64,000 nucleotides of DNA from assembly GCA_040218735.1 (NCBI GenBank), contig JAVJQW010000041.1, positions 64,001 to 128,000 of the forward strand, written 5' to 3'. Of the stretch, positions 18,385 through 28,437 are shown piece by piece; position 1 is the stretch's first letter, and the number at the start of each line of letters is the position of its first letter. The stretch is from Deltaproteobacteria bacterium (GTDB lineage: Bacteria > Myxococcota > Kuafuiibacteriia > Kuafuiibacteriales > Kuafuiibacteriaceae). The position numbers and the translations under genes are program-made. The notes beneath the pieces are model-generated. The model did no database searches. It saw only the letters and a program-made list of their open reading frames with translations, and was not told where the DNA came from.

Positions 18385-19795
18385 AGGCGAGCGCGACGTC
18401 GCCGGTCCCGCGCGTGAAGCGGCTGACGACGATCGCGGTGATCGTGCCCGCGACGAGCGCCCAGAACACCGGCAGGAACCCGAACGTCGGCAGCACCTTC
18501 GCGACGCCGAGCAGCAGCACCACGTTGCCCACGACGATCGACGCGATCGCGCCTTCGCGGGTGCACGCCTTCCAGCGCACGCCGAGGAAGAGCACGGGCG
18601 CGAGGGTCACGTAACCGGAGAACGCGAAGCTCGCGATCTCGAAGACCGACGATCCCCACGTCACCGACAGGACGAACACCACCACGGAGACCGCGAGCCC
18701 GAACCAACGCCCCGCGCGCACGGCGTCCTTCGGCGCCTTCAGCACGTCGCGCACGAGCATCGAGGAGAGCACGAGGATCTGCGCGTCGAGCGTCGACATC
18801 ACGGCGGCGAGCACCGCGACGAACCCGAGCGATCCGAACGCGGCGGGCAGGTGGTTCGCGGACATCAGCGAGAAGATTCGATCGGAGGCGCGCCCCTCGA
18901 GCCCGGGGAACGCGGCGGCGCCCCACACGCCGAGCATCACGGCCGGGACCCACAGCAGCAGCAGCGCGATCGGATAGAAGCGCGAGACGGTGCGGAGCGC
19001 GTCCTCGCTCTTGCCGGCCATCAACCGCACGAGCATGTGCGGGAAGCCGATCACCGTGAGCGTGATGGCGAAGCTCCATGACGTCCACCCGCCCGGTGTG
19101 TAGAGCGGTCCGTCCTTGATCTGCAGGAGGCTCGGGTCGTGGTTCTGCACCGCGACCGTCGCGGCTTCGAAGCCACCGAGCGAGCGTGCGATCAACACGA
19201 AGCCCACGACCATGAAGACGAGGAACAGCGTCCCCTGGAAGACGTTGGTCCACGCGGTCGCGCGCATCCCGCCGACCGTCGTGTAGAGCAGCGCGACCGA
19301 CATGACCGCGAGGCCGCCGACCCACTGGGGCACGGCGCCGTCGGTGACGCCCGTCAGCGTGACGGCGGCGCCCTTCACGGCGGTGACCATGTACGGGATC
19401 GTGTAGAGCGCGTAGACCGCGAACAGGAGCAAGCCGAGCGCGCGGCTGTCGAAGCGTTTGCGGTAGAGCTCGGCAGGAGTGAGCGCGCCGAGCCGGATCC
19501 CCATGCGTCGCGCGGGGGAGCCGATAAGCCAGAAACACAGTGGGATGCCGAGCGCGATGATCGGTGCGTTCACGCCGAAGACCGCGACGCCGTCGTGGTA
19601 GGCGCGCCCGGGGATGCCGACGAGGACGAACGCGGTGCAGTTGGTCCCGAACAACGCCATGAACAAGACGACGCTGCCGAGCCCGCGGCCCGCGAGGAAG
19701 TAGTCCTCGGGGGAGGCGTCGCTCTTTCGGTTCGACGCGATCCCGATGCCGATCACCAGCAGCACGTAGAGCGCGAGCGCGACGCCGATGATCAC
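18377..19795 (-). CDS. Sodium:solute symporter family protein
   Basis: DYFLAGR, GGMRATAWTNVFQG, AAVMSTLD; about 13 TM helices. Confidence 0.92.
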   Translation of the reverse strand: MIIGVALALYVLLVIGIGIASNRKSDASPEDYFLAGRGLGSVVLFMALFGTNCTAFVLVGIPGRAYHDGVAVFGVNAPIIALGIPLCFWLIGSPARRMGIRLGALTPAELYRKRFDSRALGLLLFAVYALYTIPYMVTAVKGAAVTLTGVTDGAVPQWVGGLAVMSVALLYTTVGGMRATAWTNVFQGTLFLVFMVVGFVLIARSLGGFEAATVAVQNHDPSLLQIKDGPLYTPGGWTSWSFAITLTVIGFPHMLVRLMAGKSEDALRTVSRFYPIALLLLWVPAVMLGVWGAAAFPGLEGRASDRIFSLMSANHLPAAFGSLGFVAVLAAVMSTLDAQILVLSSMLVRDVLKAPKDAVRAGRWFGLAVSVVVFVLSVTWGSSVFEIASFAFSGYVTLAPVLFLGVRWKACTREGAIASIVVGNVVLLLGVAKVLPTFGFLPVFWALVAGTITAIVVSRFTRGTGDVALAFS

Positions 19796-19995
19796 GGGTC
19801 ACCTCGCCAGATGCGCGCCGTGAAGAACCACAGGTAGACGACCGCGCCGACCATCCAGACGACGCGGTACATCAGCTCCTCCGGCACGAAGCCGAACACC
19901 AGCGCGGGGCGTGCGCTGCGCCAGAAGTCGAGGTGCAGGAGGAGGAGGACGATCGCGCCGGCCCACGCGAGTGTGAGCTCGACGCGCCGATTCAC
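19792..19995 (-). CDS. Small 2-TM membrane protein, SSS-associated (DUF3311-like)
   Basis: VNRRVELTLAWAGAIVLLLLHLDFW...LVFGFVP; overlaps both neighbours by 4 nt. Confidence 0.75.
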   Translation of the reverse strand: MNRRVELTLAWAGAIVLLLLHLDFWRSARPALVFGFVPEELMYRVVWMVGAVVYLWFFTARIWRGDP

Positions 19996-20831
19996 AGCGC
20001 GCCTTCGAGGAACGCGGCGACGTCCGTCATCGACTGCGCGACCTCGTCGAACATCCGCGTGCCGTGCGCGCCGTTTGTGTACTCGTCGAACCGCCAGCCT
20101 GCGGCTTTGTTCGGCTCGTAGCCGACGCTCCAGCCGCGCTCGGCGGTGGAGTAGACGAACTGGATCGGGAGCGGGTCGAAGGCGGCGCGTGTGTTCGCGA
20201 TGCGGTTCTGCGCTTCGGTGTACGCGCCGCCGGTGAGGAACACGAGCGCCTTGGGGCTCGTCCACCCGTCGGTGCTGTCGGCGTGGACGGTGTAGTCGAC
20301 GGCGGACGTCGTGCCGTTGGACGCGCCGACGATCGCGAGCCGCGCGAGGTCGAAGCCGCAGTCGTGCGCGGCGAGGAAGTCCACGGCGCCCTTCGGGTCG
20401 AGCTTGCCGTCGGGGCCTTGGAAGGCGTCGCGTGCGGTGCCGGTGCTGCCGCCCGCGCCGCGTCGGTCGACGTTGAGCACGTTGATGCCGCGCTGGGTGA
20501 GCTCGGTGATGAAGGCGGCCGGGTAGTTCGAACGGTCGTTGCCCGGCGGGATCATGTGCAGGAGCACGGCGACGGGGGCGTTGGTCTGGCCCGTGGTGTA
20601 GAGGTCGGCTTCGAGGGTCTCGCCGTCTTCGGTGTCGAAGGTGACGACGACGGGGCCGGCGGCGTCACATGGGATGGCGGGGCCTCCGTCGCGCGCTTCG
20701 CCCGCGTCGCGTTCGGCGGCGCCGGCGTCGCGTTCCATCGCGCCGCCGTCGGCGGGGTTCGGGTCGGGATCGGCCGTGTGGGACGAGCAGGCCGCGACAA
20801 TCGTGAAGGTGAGGATGATCGGTCTCTTCAT
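19992..20831 (-). CDS. Alpha/beta hydrolase lipoprotein
   Basis: Lipobox VAAC; nucleophile GASNG; catalytic His in AHGT. Confidence 0.85.
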   Translation of the reverse strand: MKRPIILTFTIVAACSSHTADPDPNPADGGAMERDAGAAERDAGEARDGGPAIPCDAAGPVVVTFDTEDGETLEADLYTTGQTNAPVAVLLHMIPPGNDRSNYPAAFITELTQRGINVLNVDRRGAGGSTGTARDAFQGPDGKLDPKGAVDFLAAHDCGFDLARLAIVGASNGTTSAVDYTVHADSTDGWTSPKALVFLTGGAYTEAQNRIANTRAAFDPLPIQFVYSTAERGWSVGYEPNKAAGWRFDEYTNGAHGTRMFDEVAQSMTDVAAFLEGAL

Positions 20832-20940
20832 GGTTCCTCCGCCGCCGCCCGACCCCGAGATCGCGGTTCGACGGGGGTCGCGTCAAGCGGGGAGGTGACA
20901 CCGGTGTGTGTAGTCTTTCGCTGGGTCCGGTATTCTGCGG

Positions 20941-21771
20941 ATGATGCGGACGTGGGTGTTGGTGTTGGGGCTCGTCCAGGTCGGGTGTACGGCGGAGACC
21001 GGGCTGCTCTTCGGCGCCGGGGGCGACGCCGGGACCTCGCCGGACGCCGGTTTCTCGACCGACGCGGGGGTCCGCGACGGTGGACGCGACGGGGGCGTCG
21101 ACCCGCTCGCCGTGCTCGCTGGGTTCGAGTGTGTGGCGACGCGCCGGGGCGGCGAGACGGTATTGGCGCGCATCGATCCGCTCACCGCTCAAATGGTGCC
21201 GACGGGGATCTCCATACCGCCCACGAGCTTCACGAGTTTGGCTTGGGAGGGTGACCTCGTCGTCGGGTGCACCGAGTCTTCGTCGGACGGCCACGACGCG
21301 ACGTTGTTCGACCTCGCGTCGGGCGAGGTGTCGGAGGTGGCGTTGGGCGTTCCGTGCACCGCGGTCGCGGGGTCGTCGCGGGGCTGGGTCGTGGTCGGTG
21401 AGCGTCCGACCCAGATCGCCGTGTTCGATGACTTCAACGACGCCGTCCTGGGACGCGCCTCGAGCGAGCGTTCGATGTTCGTCTCGCGGGTGGGCACTTA
21501 CGAGGACGTGGTCGTCGGGTCCTGGCACGCCGCGGACGAGGTCTACGTCACGACCTTCGACGACCTCGACACGACGCTTCTGAAGCTCGACGGTCACGAC
21601 GGTTGGATCATGGGGGTGGCGCCGTTCCCCGGCGGCATCCTCCTCATCGGAGGCCTGAACGAGCAGGAGCTGATCGCCTTCGATGCGCGGACGGGCCGCC
21701 AGATCCATCGAGCGCCGATCGACCGCGGTCCCCTGACCGCCGGGCTCACCTGCCGTCCGCGTTCACGTTGA
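20941..21771 (+). CDS. Hypothetical lipoprotein (beta-propeller-like)
   Basis: Lipobox-like QVGC; DAG/RDGG linker; beta-rich repeats. Confidence 0.75.
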   Translation: MMRTWVLVLGLVQVGCTAETGLLFGAGGDAGTSPDAGFSTDAGVRDGGRDGGVDPLAVLAGFECVATRRGGETVLARIDPLTAQMVPTGISIPPTSFTSLAWEGDLVVGCTESSSDGHDATLFDLASGEVSEVALGVPCTAVAGSSRGWVVVGERPTQIAVFDDFNDAVLGRASSERSMFVSRVGTYEDVVVGSWHAADEVYVTTFDDLDTTLLKLDGHDGWIMGVAPFPGGILLIGGLNEQELIAFDARTGRQIHRAPIDRGPLTAGLTCRPRSR

Positions 21772-21820
21772 GACGTTCGAGGGGGCGGGGCTGCCCCGCG
21801 CTTGACCCGCCCGAGAGTTA

Positions 21821-21840
21821 GTGAGTAAGTGCTCACTCAT
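21821..21840. promoter_or_regulatory. Putative TetR operator (imperfect palindrome)
   Basis: GTGAGTAAGTGCTCACTCAT (TGAGT-N8-ACTCA) overlaps the tetR start; TTGACC at 21802-21807. Confidence 0.65.
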
Positions 21841-22447
21841 GGCACGGCCGACCCGCATCGATCAGGCGGCGCTCCTGGCCGTCGCTCGGGAGCTGTTCCT
21901 CACCCACGGCTACGACGTGTCGACGGCCGAGATCGCCAAGGCCGCCGGCTGTAGCGAGGGCACGCTCTTCAAGCGCTTCAAGACCAAGGAGGCGCTCTTT
22001 CACGAGGCGATGGGCATCCCGGAGCTCGACTTCGAGGGGTTGCTCGGGGGCGTCGTGGGGCAGGGCGATTTTCAAGATTCGTTAACGAGCGTTTGCCTCG
22101 AAATCGTCGACTACCTCCGGCTGTTGGTTCCGCGCGTGATGCGACTGTGGGCCCACGAGACCACCCAACCTTCGCGGTTCATGCACCGCAAGCGGGGTCC
22201 GAGGGCGGCGCTCGCGGCGTTCACGAGCTACTTCGAAGCGGAGATGGAGCTCGGCCGCATCGCGCCCGTCGAGCCCGAGATCCTCGCGCGCGTCTTCATG
22301 GGGAGCCTGCACAACTATGTCTTTCTCGAGCTCATCGGCGTGTCGACGCGGATGTCCGCCAGTACCTACGTCAAGGAGCTCGTCGCGATGATTCACGACG
22401 GCATCGCGCCTGTTTCGAAAGCGACGAAGTCGAGGTCCGCACGATGA
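21839..22447 (+). CDS. TetR/AcrR family transcriptional regulator
   Basis: MARP...STAEIAKAAGCSEGTLFKRFKTKEALF HTH. Confidence 0.93.
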   Translation: MARPTRIDQAALLAVARELFLTHGYDVSTAEIAKAAGCSEGTLFKRFKTKEALFHEAMGIPELDFEGLLGGVVGQGDFQDSLTSVCLEIVDYLRLLVPRVMRLWAHETTQPSRFMHRKRGPRAALAAFTSYFEAEMELGRIAPVEPEILARVFMGSLHNYVFLELIGVSTRMSASTYVKELVAMIHDGIAPVSKATKSRSAR

Positions 22448-23901
22448 GGCGCGCGGTCCTCGCGATGACGGCGACGCTGAGCGGCTGCGCTTGGTTGCAC
22501 CCGGTGGATCACGAGCGCCCCGCGCCGGTGATCGTGCCGGAGCAGTTCTCGGGCGGGACAGCGACGAGCAGCGTCGCCGAGGGCCGGTGGTGGTCGGCGT
22601 TCGGGGACGACGCGTTGGACGACCTGGAGAAGCGGGCGTTTTCGCACAACCTGGATCTGAGGCGGGCGTTCCTGCGGCTGGAGCGGGCGATGGCGGTGTC
22701 CGACGGAGCGAACGCCGCTTGGTGGCCGACGCTCGATGCCTCCGGAAACATCTCGCACTCGCAGCGCGCGTTCCCGACGGGCCGCAACCCGGACGGCTCG
22801 CCGATCTTCGGCATCGTCGAGCAGAACAGCGGTCAGCTTCAGCTCGCCGCGGGCTACGAGCTCGACGTCTTCGGCCGCATCAAGTCTCAGACGAGCGCGG
22901 CCGACTTCGACGTGCTCGCGTCGCGCTACGACGTGGACGCGATGGCGATGTCCATCTCTGCGCAGGTCGCGGAGGCCTGGTACCAGCTCGTCGAGCAGCG
23001 CGCGGTCCTTCAGTTGATCGACGCGCAGGTCGAAGCCAACGACACCTACCTCGAGCTGACGGAAGCGCGCTTCGGCGAGGGCCTCGCGACGGCGCTCGAC
23101 GTCCTGCAGCAGCGCCAGCAGGTCGCGGGCGCCAAGGCGCAGCGTCCGCTCGTACAGGCGCGGATCCAGACGTTGGAAAACCAGCTCGCGGTGCTCCTCG
23201 GCGCGCCTCCGAAACAGGTGGAGCTGGCGGGCCAAGACGCCTTCCCCGAGCTGCCGCCGCTGCCGGGGATCGGGGTCCCCGCGGAGTTGGTGCGTCGGCG
23301 CCCCGACGTGCGCGCCGCGGAAGCGCGCGTGGTCGCGGCCGACTACCGGGTGGGCGCCGCGATCGCCGCGCGGTTCCCTGCGTTGCGCCTGGATGGCTCC
23401 TTGGGTCTGCAGATCTTCAGCATTGCGACCTTCTTCGACGGCATCATCCGTAGCCTCACCGCCTCCCTCCTCGCCCCCATCTTCGACGGCGGTCGCCGCG
23501 CCGCCGACGTCGACGCCGCGGAGGCCACGCTCGAGGACGCCGTCACCGCCTACGGGCAGACCGTGCTCGTCGCGTTCCAGGAGGTTGAGGACGCGCTCGC
23601 GCGCGAGAAGCGGCAGCGCGAGTACCTCGTCGAGATCGACCGTCAGGCCGACGCCGCGAAGAAGACGCTCGACGAGGCGCTCAACCGCTACCTCGCCGGG
23701 CTCACCGAGTACCTCCAGGTGCTGACCGCGCTGCGGCAGTTCCAGCAAGTGGAGCAGCAGCAGCTCTCCGCGCAGCGTCAACTCATCTCGTACCGCATCC
23801 AGCTCTGCCGTTCGCTCGGCGGGAGCTGGATGCGAGAGCTCGAGCGGCCGGAGCTCCTCTCCGCCGCCGATGAATCCACTGAAACGAAGGCCAAGCCATG
23901 A
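22444..23901 (+). CDS. RND efflux outer membrane lipoprotein (NodT/OprM family)
   Basis: Lipobox LSGC; WWSAFGD; RRPDVRAAE; SLGGSW. Confidence 0.93.
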   Translation: MRRAVLAMTATLSGCAWLHPVDHERPAPVIVPEQFSGGTATSSVAEGRWWSAFGDDALDDLEKRAFSHNLDLRRAFLRLERAMAVSDGANAAWWPTLDASGNISHSQRAFPTGRNPDGSPIFGIVEQNSGQLQLAAGYELDVFGRIKSQTSAADFDVLASRYDVDAMAMSISAQVAEAWYQLVEQRAVLQLIDAQVEANDTYLELTEARFGEGLATALDVLQQRQQVAGAKAQRPLVQARIQTLENQLAVLLGAPPKQVELAGQDAFPELPPLPGIGVPAELVRRRPDVRAAEARVVAADYRVGAAIAARFPALRLDGSLGLQIFSIATFFDGIIRSLTASLLAPIFDGGRRAADVDAAEATLEDAVTAYGQTVLVAFQEVEDALAREKRQREYLVEIDRQADAAKKTLDEALNRYLAGLTEYLQVLTALRQFQQVEQQQLSAQRQLISYRIQLCRSLGGSWMRELERPELLSAADESTETKAKP

Positions 23902-25137
23902 GCAGCTCCTCGTCGACCCCCGTCTACGCCCCCCATCGCGGTGATCCTCTTCGCCCTCGGAGCGGCCTTCGTGCTCGTGAAGACGTCGTCGCGTCCGCAG
24001 CGCACGAAGCGCCCACCCAAGCCCGCGCTGGTCGAGGTCATCGACGTCGTGGTGAAGGATCGCGCCACCACCGTCTCGGCGATGGGGACGATCGTGCCCG
24101 CCCAGATGATCCAGCTGCGCCCCGAAGTGCAGGGCCGCGTCGTTCGCCACGCCGACGCGCTCGTGCCCGGCGGCGTCGTGAAGAAGGGCGACACGCTGGT
24201 GCGCATCGACGCGCGCGAGTACCAGCTCGCACTCGACCAGGCGCGCTCCGCGGTGCTGCAGAATGAGACGCAGCTGAAGCTCGAGGAGGGGCGCCGCGAG
24301 GTCGCGTCGCGCGAGTGGAAGCTCGTGGGTGACCCGTCGAAGTCGACCGAGACGGGCCGCTCGCTCGCGCTCCGCGAGCCGCAGCTCGCGTCGGCGAAGG
24401 CGGCGGTGGCCTCCGCGAAGTCCTCGGTCGAACGCGCGCAGCTCAACGTGGACCGCACGACGGTGCGGGCGCCCTTCAACGCGATGGTGAAGGAGGAGGC
24501 CGTGGAGGTCGGGCAGCTCGTCGGGCCGACGACCAACCTCGCGACGCTCGTCGGGACCGATACGTTCTGGGTGCAGGTGTCCGTGCCGGTCGCGGAGCTT
24601 CGGTGGATCGAAGTCCCGGGCGTCGGTGGCGGTGAGGGCGCACGTGCGTCGATCGTGCAGGAGGTCGGCAAGACGCCGGTCGAACGGGAAGGGCGTGTCA
24701 TTCGCCTGCTCGGCGAGCTGGATCCCAAGGGCCGCATGGCGCGCCTCCTCGTGGAGGTGAAGGATCCGCTCGGCCTCGAGACCAAGGACGAAGAGAGCCT
24801 CCCGCTCCTCCTCGGCGCCTACGTTCGCGTCGACATCGAGGGGCGCACGCTGCCGCGCGTCGCCGAGCTCCCGCGCCGCGCGCTGCGCGACGGAAACGCG
24901 GTGTGGATCGCCGCGCCCGACGACACGCTGCGGATCCAGGACGTCCACGTGTCCTGGCGCGGCCGTGACGTCGTGTTCATCGACCGAGGTTTGAACGCAA
25001 ACGATCGTGTCATCGCCTCGCGCCTCGCGACGCCGATCGTCGGCATGGCGATTCGCACCTCGGACTCGGAAGACAAGGCGGCGCCACCGACCGCGGCGCG
25101 GCCCGCGAAGAAACCAGCCCACGAGGCGACGCCATGA
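23898..25137 (+). CDS. RND efflux periplasmic adaptor; apparent frameshift in a C6 run near the 5' end
   Basis: Body (23941..25137) has VKKGDTLVRID and VRAPFNA MFP motifs; the coupled ATG at 23898 is out of frame by one base at C6 23929-23934. Confidence 0.85.
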
Positions 25138-28100
25138 AGCCGCGCCTCCCCATGAAGGGCGCCGTCGCCTGGATGGCCGAGAACCCCGTCGCCTCCAACC
25201 TGCTGATGGCGGTGCTGCTCATTGGCGGCGTGATCGTCGGGCTCCAGGTGAAGCAGGAGATCTTCCCCGAGTTCGAGATGGACATCGTCCAGATCGGCGT
25301 CCCGTACCCCGGCGCGAGCCCGTCGGAGGTCGAGCAGGGCATCGTCCTCGCGATCGAGGAGGAGATCCGCGCGCTCGACGGCGTGAAGCGGGTGACGTCG
25401 TCCGCCAACGAAAACGCCGCGGGGGTCACCGTCGAGCTCGAGCTCGGTACCGATCCCAACAAGGCGCTGCAGGACGTGAAGAGCGCGGTGGATCGCATCA
25501 CGTCGTTCCCCGACGAGATCGAACGCCCCGTGGTGAGCCTCCTGACGAACCGGCGCGGGGTGATCTCCCTCGTCATCTACGGCGATCAATCCGAGGAGGT
25601 CCTCCGCCAGCTCGCCGACCGCGCGCGCGACGAGCTGCTCCTCGACCCGAGCATCACGTACGTCGAGCTCGACGGCGTTCGTCCGCGCGAGATCAGCGTC
25701 GACGTCCCGCAAGGTAACTTGCGGCGCTACGACGTCACGTTGGAGCAGGTCGCGCAGGCCATCTCGCGGAGCGCGCGGGAGCTCCCTGGCGGTGGCGTCA
25801 AGACGGCGGGCGGCGAGATCCTCGTCCGGACCGCGGAGCGTCGCGATCGCGGGCAGGAGTTCGAGGACATCCCGGTGCTCACCGCTTCGGACGGCTCGGT
25901 CGTCACGGTCGGGGACCTCGGTATCGTGACCGACGGCTTCGAAGACACCGACCAGAGCGCCACGTTCAACGGCAAACCCGCCGTGATGATCAACGTCTAC
26001 CGCAGCGGCGACCAGACGCCGATCGAAGTCGCCGACGCCGTGTTCGGCTACCGTGCGCGCGCCGAGCCGCTCCTCCCGCCGGGGCTCGCGATGGACACCC
26101 TCAACGATCGCTCCGAGATGTATCGCGAGCGCATGGATCTACTCCTGCGCAACGCGCAGCTCGGGCTGGTCCTGGTGCTGATCGTCCTCGGGCTGTTCCT
26201 CAACCTGCGCCTCGCGTTCTGGGTGACGATGGGCATCCCGATCTCGTTCCTCGGATCGCTCATCCTCCTCCCGGCGATGGACGTGTCCATCAACATGATC
26301 TCGCTGTTTGCGTTCATCATCACGCTCGGCGTCGTCGTCGATGACGCGATCGTCGTCGGCGAGAACATCTTCGAGATGCGCGAGCAAGGCATCGCGCGGG
26401 GCAAGGCCGCGGTGATCGGCGCCAAGCAGATCTCCGTCCCAGTCGTCTTCTCCGTCCTCACCACGATCGTCGCGTTCACGCCGCTGTTCATGGTCCCCGG
26501 CGTCTCCGGGAAGTTCTTCCGCGTCATCCCGTCGATCGTCGTGTGTGTCCTCGCGATCTCCCTCGTCGAGTCGCTGTTCATCCTCCCGGCGCACCTCGGG
26601 CACCGCGGACGCCTCGGCAAGATCCTGCGTCGGTTCTTCATCGACCCGTTCCTCCCCGCGCACAAACGCAGCCAAGACGAGCTGTGGGCGGAGCGCGAGC
26701 TGACGCCCGAGGAGGAAGAGGCCGCGAAGCCCGGCTGGGTGAAGTTCCTCGAGCGCCCTCAGCACAAGTTCTCAGCGCTCCTCAAACGGTTCATCGAGCA
26801 CCGCTACGCGCCGGCCGCGCGGGCGGCGGTCGAGCACCGAGGGCTCACGATCGCCACCGCCGTCGGCGTCCTGATCATCACGTTCGGCTTCCTCGCGAGC
26901 GGCCGCCTGAACTTCACGTTCATGCCGAAGGTCGACTCCGACGTCATCACCGCGAAGGCCGCGCTCCCGTTCGGGGTGAACGTCGAGGAGACGGAGGTCG
27001 TGAACCGAAGGCTGCTCGACGCCGCGCGCGACATCATCGAACGCAACGGCGGCGACGCGATCGTCCGCGGCGTCTACGCGCAGGTCGGGTCGGTCCTCAG
27101 CGGCGGCGGCGGGCCCGGACCGGCGCGCGGAGGCGGCGCCGGGAGCCACTACGCCAACGTGCAGGTCTTCCTGGTCCCGAGCGACCAACGCGACATCTCC
27201 GCCGCGGACTTCGCGCGCCTGTGGCGCGACGACGTCTCGGACCTCGTCGGGCTCGACTCCCTCAGCTTCGATTACAGCACCGGACCCGGCGCCGGAGCGT
27301 CGCTGGAGGTCGAGCTGAGCCACACGCAGATCGAGGTCTTGGAGGACGCAGCGGCGCAGCTCGCCGGCTACCTCGGCAGCTATGACGGCGTGCGCGACAT
27401 CGACGACGGCTTCTCCGCCGGTAAACCGCAGCTCGACTTCAAGCTCACGCCGGAGGGCGAGAGCCTCGGCCTCACCGCGACGGAGGTCGGCCGCCAAGTG
27501 CGCAGCGCCTTCTTCGGCGCGGAGGCGCTCCGCCAACAGCGCGGGCGCGACGAGATTCGCGTCATGGTTCGTCGCCCGGAGTCCGAGCGCGAGAGTGAGT
27601 ACGACATCGAGAACCTGATGATCCGCACGCCCGCCGGTGGAGAGATTCCGCTGTACGTCGCGGCCGACGTCGTGCGCGGCAGCTCGTACACCACGATCAA
27701 ACGCGCCGACGGTCGACGGGTCGTCACGGTGTCGGCCGACACCGTGCGCGGCGTGGCCAACGCCGACAAGATCCTCGCCGCGCTGCGTTCCGACGTGTTG
27801 CCGGATCTCGTCGCATCGTTCCCCGGGCTCGAGTATTCGTTCGAGGGGCAGCGTCGTCGCAGCGACGAGTCACTCGCGAGTCTGAAGTCGGGTTTCAAGC
27901 TCGTGCTGTTCGTGATCTTCGCGCTGCTCGCGATCCCGTTCCGGAGTTACATCCAGCCGGTGGTCGTGATGTCGGCGATTCCGTTCGGGCTCGTGGGGGC
28001 CGTCGCCGGCCACGTGATCATGGGCTACGACCTCAGCCTGATCAGCATCATGGGGTTGGTCGCGGTCTCCGGGATCGTGGTCAACGACTCCCTGGTGCTG

Positions 28101-28427
28101 GTGCACGCGGCGAACGCGTTCCGCGACGCGGGCGAGACGCCGTTCGAGGCCATCCTGCTCGCCGGGCAGCGTCGCTTCCGTCCCATTTTGCTCACTTCGC
28201 TGACTACGTTCTTCGGGCTTGCGCCGATGATCTTCGAGCCTTCGGTTCAGGCGCGTTTCCTCATCCCGATGGCCATCAGCCTCGGGTTCGGCGTGCTGTT
28301 CGCTACGCTCGTGATCCTGCTGCTCGTGCCGAGCCTGTACATGGTCATCGAGGACCTGAAAGGTCTCGTCGGGGGCGTGGAGGAGGGTGGTCGAACGACC
28401 GAGCCGAAACCGGCGCCTATGCAGTAG
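25134..28427 (+). CDS. RND efflux transporter permease (AcrB/CzcA superfamily)
   Basis: YPGASPSEVE, GVVVDDAIVVGENI, GIVVNDSLV, RFRPILLTSLTT. Confidence 0.95.
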   Translation: MKPRLPMKGAVAWMAENPVASNLLMAVLLIGGVIVGLQVKQEIFPEFEMDIVQIGVPYPGASPSEVEQGIVLAIEEEIRALDGVKRVTSSANENAAGVTVELELGTDPNKALQDVKSAVDRITSFPDEIERPVVSLLTNRRGVISLVIYGDQSEEVLRQLADRARDELLLDPSITYVELDGVRPREISVDVPQGNLRRYDVTLEQVAQAISRSARELPGGGVKTAGGEILVRTAERRDRGQEFEDIPVLTASDGSVVTVGDLGIVTDGFEDTDQSATFNGKPAVMINVYRSGDQTPIEVADAVFGYRARAEPLLPPGLAMDTLNDRSEMYRERMDLLLRNAQLGLVLVLIVLGLFLNLRLAFWVTMGIPISFLGSLILLPAMDVSINMISLFAFIITLGVVVDDAIVVGENIFEMREQGIARGKAAVIGAKQISVPVVFSVLTTIVAFTPLFMVPGVSGKFFRVIPSIVVCVLAISLVESLFILPAHLGHRGRLGKILRRFFIDPFLPAHKRSQDELWAERELTPEEEEAAKPGWVKFLERPQHKFSALLKRFIEHRYAPAARAAVEHRGLTIATAVGVLIITFGFLASGRLNFTFMPKVDSDVITAKAALPFGVNVEETEVVNRRLLDAARDIIERNGGDAIVRGVYAQVGSVLSGGGGPGPARGGGAGSHYANVQVFLVPSDQRDISAADFARLWRDDVSDLVGLDSLSFDYSTGPGAGASLEVELSHTQIEVLEDAAAQLAGYLGSYDGVRDIDDGFSAGKPQLDFKLTPEGESLGLTATEVGRQVRSAFFGAEALRQQRGRDEIRVMVRRPESERESEYDIENLMIRTPAGGEIPLYVAADVVRGSSYTTIKRADGRRVVTVSADTVRGVANADKILAALRSDVLPDLVASFPGLEYSFEGQRRRSDESLASLKSGFKLVLFVIFALLAIPFRSYIQPVVVMSAIPFGLVGAVAGHVIMGYDLSLISIMGLVAVSGIVVNDSLVLVHAANAFRDAGETPFEAILLAGQRRFRPILLTSLTTFFGLAPMIFEPSVQARFLIPMAISLGFGVLFATLVILLLVPSLYMVIEDLKGLVGGVEEGGRTTEPKPAPMQ

Positions 28428-28437
28428 AGTCAGCCGT

